From positions 355,467-396,592 of the forward strand of contig PDIP01000022.1 of assembly GCA_002811645.1 (NCBI GenBank): 41,126 bases of DNA, read 5' to 3'. Of this stretch, positions 20,077 to 29,700 are shown one piece after another. Position numbers and translations under genes: made by a program. Each line of letters starts with the position of its first letter. The stretch's first letter is position 1. The notes beneath the pieces were generated by a model that ran no database searches, was not told where the DNA came from, and worked only from the letters and a program-made list of their open reading frames with translations. This DNA is from Corallochytrium limacisporum Hawaii. Lineage: Eukaryota; Protista; Pluriformea.

Positions 20077-21618
20077 TTATACATCTCGATCGCCCTTGCT
20101 GTTGGACAGAAACCGCAAAGCGAGGCGGAAGAATATGAGCAACACTAAACCGATCAGCACTGATCGGAGACGGACTGCTCGGACAAGCTGCCGCTTAAGA
20201 CTGGTCTCTTCATGTCCGGCATCTCCGCTATCTTTCAGTTTCGTGGAACCCAATTCGGCAGCGACGTCGAGATCCGTCTTGCGCCCGCGCTTCCGGACCT
20301 GTGTTTTAGAGTTCGACCTCTCTGTAGCCTGAGTTGGTCCATTTGGACCAGTCATATCCTCAATGTCAATCTGTTTCTGTTCCTTGATGACGAGTTGACC
20401 GCAAGCCGAGCTTATGTCCTGCCCAAGTTCCTGGCGAACCAAACAGTGTACATTGTACGGCTCGTTGCGGACAATGTCGATAAACCGTGAGGTTTCCTCG
20501 TAGGTTGGAGGCTTGAAATCTTCGGGTACATCAGTTGGGTTGTACGGAATGACGTTCAACATGACCTTTCGATCCCGAAGCAAACTGCCCAGCTCATGTG
20601 CAGTCTCATCAGAGTCATTCACCCCCTGGATCAGACAATACTCTATCATCACCTTGCCACGCTTCCGATTAATGGCTTCGTTCGCTTCTACGTACTCTTC
20701 CATGGCTTCCATGATGCGGTCAATATGCCAAGCCTTTGCAGTGGGCACGATTCGAGTACGTAGTTCCTGGCTGGGTGCATGCAGAGATAATGCTAAACTC
20801 ACTCCGGGCATGTCCTTTGCCAGTTGCCTAAGACGGGGTGCCACACCGACAGTGGACAAACTTACGCGTTGCGGACTGAGACTAAAGCGCTGCACATCAG
20901 TGATCCCGCGAATAGCACCCAAAACATTATCGTAGTTGTCCAGCGGCTCACCCATTCCCATAAATACGATATTTCGGATGCGTTCAAGTTGATTTGCATG
21001 CCACAATTGTTCCAGAATTTCACCCGAGCTCAAGTTGCCTGATAATCCCATTGTTCCCGTGGCACAGAAGCCACAGGCCATTGCACAGCCTACCTGACTG
21101 CTGATGCACAATGTGCATCGGGGATTAGATTTGAACAGGCTACCCGTGGTTGTCATACTCACCGTATCCATACTCACCGACCCGTTTTCACCCTGCAAGT
21201 CACCCGCAATGCTGCCCATCATACTCCGTTCCATGGCCCGCTCCAACATCTTGTCCTTCTCTTGCTCGGGAAAGCTCTGCATTTCCATACCATATCGCAT
21301 AATGACGCACTCGACCATCTTTCCGTCCTGTAGCTCCACGACGCACTTAGTGGTCGCACCGTCCGCGCTTGTTTCAGACTTAACCAGTTCTGACGTAGTC
21401 AGAGCAAATTCTTCCTGAAGAGCTATGGCAGCCCTCTTTGGAAAATCCTTGATCTCTCCGAGACGGTCGAGAGTCCACCCGAGGTGGACCACGTGACGGT
21501 ATGCCCGCCTGGCATGATCTCTCTTCCAGCCATTGGCGTCGAAAAAGCCAAAGAGGTCCTCCTCATCAAAGAAACTTTTCGGATTCCTTGGTTTTGATCT
21601 CTTCTTTGTCGGTGCCAT
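20077..21618 (-). CDS. rlmN: RlmN/Cfr-family radical-SAM RNA methyltransferase (RlmN-like) with a hydrophobic C-terminal tail
   Basis: TLCISSQVGCAMACGFCATG (CxxxCxxC), FMGMGEPLDN, SLSTVG, LALSLHAP, NVIPYNP, DISSACGQL (methylated Cys motif). Confidence 0.93.
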   Translation of the reverse strand: MAPTKKRSKPRNPKSFFDEEDLFGFFDANGWKRDHARRAYRHVVHLGWTLDRLGEIKDFPKRAAIALQEEFALTTSELVKSETSADGATTKCVVELQDGKMVECVIMRYGMEMQSFPEQEKDKMLERAMERSMMGSIAGDLQGENGSVSMDTVSMTTTGSLFKSNPRCTLCISSQVGCAMACGFCATGTMGLSGNLSSGEILEQLWHANQLERIRNIVFMGMGEPLDNYDNVLGAIRGITDVQRFSLSPQRVSLSTVGVAPRLRQLAKDMPGVSLALSLHAPSQELRTRIVPTAKAWHIDRIMEAMEEYVEANEAINRKRGKVMIEYCLIQGVNDSDETAHELGSLLRDRKVMLNVIPYNPTDVPEDFKPPTYEETSRFIDIVRNEPYNVHCLVRQELGQDISSACGQLVIKEQKQIDIEDMTGPNGPTQATERSNSKTQVRKRGRKTDLDVAAELGSTKLKDSGDAGHEETSLKRQLVRAVRLRSVLIGLVLLIFFRLALRFLSNSKGDRDV

Positions 21619-21720
21619 GTTTGCAAACTCTAACTATATTTGCTCAAGTTTTTAAGGAGCCAATTTATTGTGCTGCCAGGGCTTCACATTTTCAATATTC
21701 CACCCGACCTAAAGGGCGAT

Positions 21721-21774
21721 CTTGAAGACAAGCAATATCTTTCTTATGAAATGATATGCAGCGTTGTCTTCAAG
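21721..21774. other. 54-nt imperfect hairpin between the divergent methyltransferase genes
   Basis: Perfect 11-bp arms cttgaagacaa (21721-21731) and ttgtcttcaag (21764-21774), plus inner pairs atatc/gatat and tttc/gaaa. Confidence 0.7.
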
Positions 21775-22306
21775 GCTGAAACAAAGCTCGGCTGAAATCC
21801 TGCAAATACCCTAAAGTGTCAGTCAGCCCATCCCAACATTCATCGGCAATTTGCACTACAAGGTGAAGGGTATGCTTGCTCCCGTACAACTCTCCCTCAC
21901 TACGCACAAGGCCATTCTCAGCCACAGGCTCGGCACTGCCCAGTTGCGGGTCTATGCTCCACAGCAGTCGCGTGTTTGCGCCCAGCGCTCAAGAACCCGC
22001 CTTGTACAGACAGGTGGTGGGGATGCGCCATGTGACCACTGAACTGTGCTGAGTTGGGGGCCGGAATGCATAAGACACAGCGCACTATTGCGCAGCTGGT
22101 CCTTCCCAGAGCCGCAGACAAGGAAAGTTGAGAGGGTTGCGTGCATGACTCTATGGTAGATTAATTGGCCACTGGTAGAGGTTGTCTGCTTGGGCGACTA
22201 AAGACGTTTTCTGAGACCAGGTTCTTCAGGGTTGACGTGTGTCGGAAACACGTGGTTCGAAAACCAGCACCGGAACTACATTGAGCAAGAGTTTGCGATA
22301 CAGACG

Positions 22307-23680
22307 ATGGCAGTTGCAGACGGATTACGATGCCTTCTCGTGGGAGAAGGGAATTTTAGTTTCGCCTTGGCACTGTGCATTAATCTGTATGGTGGGCACG
22401 GTGGTAAGGATCCCACTTCTCCTGAGGCAGTCCAGAAGGTATGTCACTATCTGGGAGTGAAACCTGAGGACAAGGATCGTCTGCAGTTTACCTTCACCTC
22501 TTTCGATTCGGAGAGCGAAGTGCTCAGGAAATACCCGGAGTGTAACCAAATCTTACCTAATATTAAACGTTACGGGAGCAAAGGGCGTTATGTGGAGGTT
22601 CTTCACGACGTGAACGCTTGGAATGTTGAAGACCGGATCCCGGGAACCAAATGGGATATTATAGGATGGAACCATCCCCACCTTGGACTGGAGGATTTCC
22701 GCCTCCATCGTTACCTAATGGCTCATTTCCTTGTGGCGTCTCGAACAGCTCTCACTGAGAGCATGAACGCCCGCATTGTGCTGTCGCTGGTCGACGGTCA
22801 GGCGGAGCGGTGGAATCTCCGCGGCCAATGTGCCCGCGCTAAGCTCGTTGATGAGCGGACACCTGAACACTTTGCTACCAATGGCTTTCCTGGGTACATC
22901 TGCAAGCGCAACACAACGGGACAATCATTCAAGAACATCAAAACCCGGGAACACATGGGTAGTAATATGGAATCGAGGATTATGTGGTTCATCAGGGGCG
23001 ACCCCACCGCAGAAGTCAAGGCTGACACAGCGGACATACTGATTGATGGCATGGTGGCGGCCTCACTGGTCGATCAACACGGCAACGAAATCGATCGCTC
23101 AGAATATATCCCGGACTCCTCGTACATGAAAACGAAGGGTAAGGCTCCAGATGAGCTTTACAAATTTCCCTGCAAAGAATGTGGCAAGCGGTTCACGTCC
23201 GACCGCGGTGTGAAAACACACACACGACAGGTACATGAATTGAAGAAATACGGCGCAGAGTGGAAACCAGAGGGACCCAAGGAACATAAGTGCAGTGAAT
23301 GTGAATGCTGCTTTGCAAAGCAAACTGATCTTTGGCAACACCGCGTCGCACGCCACACGGATTTGCCGGAGGATGTGCTTGCATCTGTCCCTGATACAGG
23401 CAAGAAGGTTGAGGCACACGAAGAGGCCGAATGCTGCGATCTCTGTGGTCAGGAGTATCCGAAGCACTTGGGCTACGAGCACCATCTGGAGATGCTTAAG
23501 CCAATCATTGGTCTGGTTATGAACTGCCTGCGCTGCAAAGATCGCGACTTTCGTGAGCGCCGCGCCCTGGTGCAGCATTTGAAATTCTGTGTGTTGGCTG
23601 CCCAAGGTGAGGTACAGACCAATGTTACTGCCCCAGCCACTGCCCCAGCCACTGCCACTACCGCTGCCACTAAGGCCTAG
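22307..23680 (+). CDS. DUF2431/Bmt5-like 25S rRNA m3U methyltransferase fused to four zinc fingers
   Basis: LLVGEGNFSFALAL, TSFDS, HDVNA, WDIIGWNHPHLG, FPGY. C2H2 fingers CKEC..HTRQVH and CSEC..HRVARH; atypical fingers CDLC..HH and CLRC..HLKFC. First ATG is 22307. Confidence 0.85.
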   Translation: MAVADGLRCLLVGEGNFSFALALCINLYGGHGGKDPTSPEAVQKVCHYLGVKPEDKDRLQFTFTSFDSESEVLRKYPECNQILPNIKRYGSKGRYVEVLHDVNAWNVEDRIPGTKWDIIGWNHPHLGLEDFRLHRYLMAHFLVASRTALTESMNARIVLSLVDGQAERWNLRGQCARAKLVDERTPEHFATNGFPGYICKRNTTGQSFKNIKTREHMGSNMESRIMWFIRGDPTAEVKADTADILIDGMVAASLVDQHGNEIDRSEYIPDSSYMKTKGKAPDELYKFPCKECGKRFTSDRGVKTHTRQVHELKKYGAEWKPEGPKEHKCSECECCFAKQTDLWQHRVARHTDLPEDVLASVPDTGKKVEAHEEAECCDLCGQEYPKHLGYEHHLEMLKPIIGLVMNCLRCKDRDFRERRALVQHLKFCVLAAQGEVQTNVTAPATAPATATTAATKA

Positions 23681-25329
23681 CGTCGGTCAGTCAGTATTTG
23701 CATATCCACAATATCCCACAGGATCGTATACCATAATCGTTAAGTGGCATCAACCGACCAGCAACATCTAGGATTGCATCTCCATAGCATACGTTCATTT
23801 CTTTCCCTTTGATATCATACGGGGATTCAGCATCATAAAACAACTATCATAGAGTGATGATAACACCTGTTTCGATCGTGCTCATGTGATATCTTGGCAG
23901 TCGATTTGGAGACCCTACTTGGCGGTTAGATGAAGACATACCACCCATTTTCCAGTCGTGTGCAGTGCTCCATTGTTGTTGATGTCTGTTTGTCTCACAT
24001 ACACTGAACGACGACCATGTTGAGACGGTCTACTGCTGCCGCTCTTCGCACCGTCCCTACATCCTGTTTCGGTGGCCGTGCTCTCCGACCTTCGATACAT
24101 GTCCTTCTTGCCTTTCCCAGTACAAAATATGCCAAAAATGGGTACCGGGACCGCCAAGTTTTTATCTCGCTTGTTTCGAAGTTTTCTGGACAATGGCACA
24201 GTCCGGCCTAAGGTGACACATTCCCCTGGGTTTGTTGGCGGCGCAAGAACGGCGCTAGTTCTATGGCAGTCGTTTGAAACCTGACACCTCCTACTACTGA
24301 CCTCACCATCGCGACTTGGAGCCAATCAGTGCCCATTGTCGCCAGCGGGGCTGAGTACACCGGCGGGGCGAGCAGAATGGGGCAATGGAGAAAAAATATA
24401 TCAAAAAAGAAATTGACCAACTGCCTTTGGGTATCCACGGACGTCTACGTTGGCCCCAGGACAGCCGTATCTAATCTGTGGCTGACTCCTACTGCACTCA
24501 GTAACTGGTTACTTTGCCATACTCTCTTGACAGCGCAGAGCTAGGGGGCATAGTAGGAGCCATTTATCAGCCAGAAGAAAAGAGACACCGTTCGACCGCT
24601 TTTTCAATACCCTTCGCACATGCCCACCGAGATATGTGAAATCAGCCGTGGGTGTTCAATAGTGAGTGACCTACAAATTCCCCGGAAACATTGTAAGTGA
24701 AGTAGAAAAATTTTCGTCCTGCGTCCTGCCAATTGGAATGAATTTGTCGGTTTCTTTTTCCAATTGCCGCTGTGGCTGGTCTGGGGTCCTTCGGGAGGCC
24801 CAACCTTTCGGTACTACCAAGAGTTTCATTGTTGAACTCCTGCCAAGTCATAAGCAGCGGCAGGACCCGAGCCGGCGTAATTCCCCCATACGCTGACACA
24901 TGGTTGCGTATAGTGGCAAAGGTGATATTGGAAAAGAAGGTATGGCCTCCGAAATTCCCCATATATTATATAGGGAAATTACAGAAAAAGCGGGGAAGGA
25001 AGGCCAAATACTCACCCAACAAAAAGGAACCCAGACCCGAACGTACGTCCCCCGTCCACTTCCTTTACCGAGCAGAACCACAGAACAGTGGGGAGGAATA
25101 AGCAGAGAATAAGCGGGGGTGCCCCCCGGGGGAGGGGGGGGGGAGGAAGGTGGCCAAAAAGAAAAACCGCACACGGACAGGAGGGTGTCTGTTTTGTGTG
25201 CGATGGCAAACTACGGGAGCGCCGCCTCACCCCCTCTTTCTCGCTGGGGGGTGGGGGAGACACGACAGAACCGGACGTAGCCAGAGTAACAAGGGCAAAA
25301 CAAAAAAAGGGGGGGGGGGGAGGGAGGGG

Positions 25330-25530
25330 NNNNNNNNNNNNNNNNNNNNNNNNNNNNNNNNNNNNNNNNNNNNNNNNNNNNNNNNNNNNNNNNNNNNNNN
25401 NNNNNNNNNNNNNNNNNNNNNNNNNNNNNNNNNNNNNNNNNNNNNNNNNNNNNNNNNNNNNNNNNNNNNNNNNNNNNNNNNNNNNNNNNNNNNNNNNNNN
25501 NNNNNNNNNNNNNNNNNNNNNNNNNNNNNN
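25330..25530. other. Assembly gap (201 N) flanked by G-runs
   Basis: Run of N characters with G-rich tracts on both sides. Confidence 0.99.
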
Positions 25531-26711
25531 GGGGGCGGTCGGACGGGAAGGCAAGGGAAGGGAAGAGAGATGCTTCAGTAATCCACGGAGCTTCCAGTCA
25601 AACCGATTGGGTGGGTGTGTATGGCAAGGCGAGACGGAGAGGCGGAACTGACAGTGTGTGCGCGGGGGTGTGTCCAATAGTTGGGAGGTGGCGTTTGGGG
25701 GGTCAAGGGAGGGAGGGTTTGGGGAGCAGCAGCAGCGTAGTTGATGACTGCGGCCGGGTGATCGATCTGTCAAACAATAAATCCTTCGCTACTTTTCTTC
25801 GGACTATGTAACTCATCCGTTGAGGGTTTTTTGGGGGGGCGGGCGTTCATCCTTCGGCAGTACGCGACTAGAAAGACCTACAATCACTGAGATGGGCCCG
25901 GTTACCTCCGAGGAGAACTGTTACGACCTGCCACCACAACGGAACACGCACATTCTCTCCACTCACTCACACGTACCTCGCATTCTCGTCTTTGTCTCAC
26001 TGGTGGAAACAATAAAAAATATGCGCTAGGGTGCCAAGCAAGCTCCATCTGGAATGCAGTTAGCGCCCTACGGGCACGTACTCCCCTCCCCACCCCCGGG
26101 GGAGCGGTTCGGGTTCCCCACGACTATGTAGTTTACATGTATTCCCAACCCTCGGCTTGCCGTCGATGCGTTTGAGGAAGCGAGCGCAGGCAGTCTGACC
26201 GTCCTGCTCTGTTTCTAATCTCCTTGTTTCCTACCCGCGAGCTTCATATTTTTCTTGTGAACACACGCACATTGAAGGAAGCGGGGAGTTAGATTCTGCT
26301 GCTGCTATGGCTGCCGTATGACTGCAAGAAGTGCCCCGCCCCACACCCACCTCCCGAAGAAGAGCACTCCCTTTGCGTCAGAACTTCGGACATATGAGAC
26401 CCGGTCTCGATAGTGTGGAAGTTGGCGGCGTTGTCCACCATCGGCACAAGCGCCGTTGTGGGCTGTGTTTCTTCTATTTGCCTGCCAAGGTACTTCACAG
26501 ATCTCACAGAAATGTAGCATACTACTGGATTGGTACGACCAGGCAGTTTATCAAAATGGACGCAACAGAATAGACAAGACGAACGTAACTGACGCAGTAG
26601 CTAAAGTCATTGAAGCAGAATATGAAGCTGTGACTTTGACATTGAGAGCCACGGGAGACAAATTTATACGTAGGCTTATATAACTAGGGATATACACTGA
26701 CCGACGTAGTC

Positions 26712-29700
26712 ATGGACGTGCAGACTACTGTTCTGCCGATCCTAACCCTTGCCTTTGGGCTTGTGTTTGGGTCGCAGATCAGTGCCTTTGTGGCTTCCAC
26801 AGCGCTTGCACAATGTATTAGCCTCGCTGTGGCCGGGTCATTAATTGGTGGTGCGGTTTTATTCGATATATATATGCAGAGGCAACCCAAGCTCAAGAAA
26901 GCATCTGATAAGGGCCCCTTTTTGAACGGGAAGCTAGCGAAAGTTCCTCTGAATGGAAAGCCTAAGTCTATTCCTGATATACGGCTTGAGCGACGGGCAA
27001 CTGGGGACACATTACGTTCGGATAATAGCGCTCCTGGATCTGCAGAGGTCACCAAAAAGAAAGCCGAAAAGTTTGCTCCGCTGGCGGAGCAGTCAGAGCG
27101 GCCGAACGAGGCAGAGCCTTCCACGGGATCTCTCGACCTTGAAGCTGAGACGAGTAGTGAGTTTAGTGGCGATCCTTCGCTCAGGCTGAGTAAAACAATG
27201 AAAGATGAGGATGGATTTCAATTTACGTATCAAAATGGTGACTATGTGCACCAGGAGGAGTCCGAAAAGACCCCAGACCCCAGGTCAGTCACAGAGGAGA
27301 ACAAATTTTCCGCTAGTCGTCACTCTGTGCCGCCCACTTTTCCTCTCAGTTTGCGTGATCTCACTCATCCTAACAAAATCGAACTCCAACCAAATTCACG
27401 GAAGCCCATTCTGGTGGAAAATGAGGTATTCAAGGGCTATCTGGTAACCAAACTACGGACAGAACCTTGTGACTTGTTCTATGAACCATATTTCCGGGGA
27501 CGCAAGCGTTGGTTTGAGGTGCAACTGCAAGGGCGGTTTAAGCAAAAGCCTGAAGGTACACTGTATATGGGTGTGGAACTTCCCAGGGAGCCAAACTTGG
27601 GCATCATTGGCCGGTCTTTGGCCAAAATTCTGCTCAACATGATGAAGCGCCTGCTTAAGAATTTCCGGTACAGTTTCGGTGATGACAAGACCGATACACT
27701 GCCTCACGTTGTGCTGCCGGTTACGACGCTGGCCGATCGTTTTCTGGTCACAAAACCGGGAGAAGTACCGCCTCCATTGTGTGTATCAATGCTCCCAGAG
27801 GAGGATCCAGCTGATCTCAAGAAGCGTAAGGCACATGGACTGGAGCTTAATTGCGAGGAGACATACTCCTTTTCCTTCCACGCCATGTACCTTGATTTCG
27901 TTAAGTGGCGCATAGTTAATATCCCTGGTATGAAAGAGATCAGCCTGCAGACATTCTGTGGTGATATGCCCATTCGCATCGTTGCCTACGATCTACCAAA
28001 CGGAGAAGTAAGTGGCAGGGCGCACCAGCAGGACGAGAAGCGCTACTATTTCAGCTTAAATATGAGTTGGAGTGGCGCGGACGAGCAAATTGATTGGCCG
28101 GACTCGCCAGCGCATGAACTCAAGTCCTCAAGCGAAGTGGACGTGTCTCTAGCCGACCGTAGGCACGTCGGCGACAGCCTCGATACATCCCCTTCTGGCT
28201 TGGCTGTGCGCAAAAGCTCCCGCCGTGGAAAACACCGCCGCGAAAACTCAACAGGCACTGAGTCTATCCGTGTTCTAGATGACGACGAGTCAGAGATTGA
28301 AGATGAGGGCTCTTCTCGCCGCGTTCGACCCGACGATGATGTTGTGGAAGCTGACGATGACGATGATGAGGACGAAGACTTTGTAGACGTCGACGAGGGA
28401 ATGTTTGGCGCCACTAATACACCCTCGGGACGTACGGTCACGCCATTGATTGCCCCTCGGTCTGGGGTACCGGATCCACAAGGCACTCTCTACAAGATGG
28501 GAGTGAGATACATTGCTGTGCCCGCGTGGGTCGAGATGCGCCATCGTCACCAAGAACGATCTGTTTCATATGCGGTTGAGATTGTTTTCGACAATCGGGC
28601 GTTTACGGCTATTTGTTCAAGCCATCAGATTGTCAAGATGATGAGCCGGATATCGAGCAAAGCTGCTCTTGACCCTGCGCTTGCAGATGCGCCAGATGCC
28701 GACATGTCAGAGGCATCGAACATTTCACTCACTTCGGGATTGAAAGATGGAAGCGGTATTAAGGAGGCAAGGAAGAAGTCTCGGTCCCAGCAGCTCATTG
28801 ACGAAGATCGCAGTAGTGCGGGCGGTGCCAATCGCAGTACTCGTGGAAGTCGTAGTCGTGGTCAGAGCCTAGGATCGGAAAAGGGTCCTGACCACCCAAG
28901 CACGGCAGTGAAGTACGTCGGAGTGTCTCGTATGCGCTCCTTCAGTGAAATTTTTAATCCTTCTAGCCGCAAGTTGGTCACTCGTCTGCGAAAGACCCAA
29001 GACAACATCAAAGACATCGAAAGGCAGCGCAAGAATATCCAAAAGTATATTCGGGAGAGCTTCCAGCTCGCCGATGGCAGCGAAGAAAACACGACACATC
29101 TTCTTAACGCCGTGCTTTCTTGTAACGACGATGAATCTGCCTCCATTTTCCTTCACGGTACACGGGCAGAATTTAAGGTCACGAACCGAAGCAAGCACAA
29201 AGTTCTCGTCGAGTGTCCGGTGGCACGCAGTATGTGGGAAACATATTGGCGTGAAGAATGGATGCTGATTCTGGACAATCGAGTGTGCCTGTACCGTAGC
29301 AATACCTCAAAGCCATACCGGGAATTTTATCCGGAGGAGATTGTCTCCGTGGGTCCGTTCTCCCAGGAGACTCTGCCCTTTGGAGTCGGATCGTTTTTGG
29401 AAATCGGCACCATTGGCAAGATCTTCTACTTTGCTGTCAAAGATGACGAGACCAGAGACAAGATCATCGAAATTGTGGCAGATCTGATGCCTCCAGGTGA
29501 CAAGATGTCATTGGTGGACGCCGACTTTTACCGCGGCAGTGATCCTCGTGAGTTTTACTTGCAAAAATCAAGCCGATACGGAAGCAGTCGCGTTTTGCTC
29601 AACAGTCGTCGTTTGTGGTTCGGACCGCGTAGCTCGGATGAACCCAAGCTGTTGGTGCAAAAACTGCTGCGTCAGGGCATGGTCCTGAGAGTCGACTCTC

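Noticed and set aside
20077-21618. Cfr antibiotic-resistance methyltransferase
   Set aside because: SSQVGC and MGMGEP match RlmN; Cfr typically has SSQCGC and MGMGEA.
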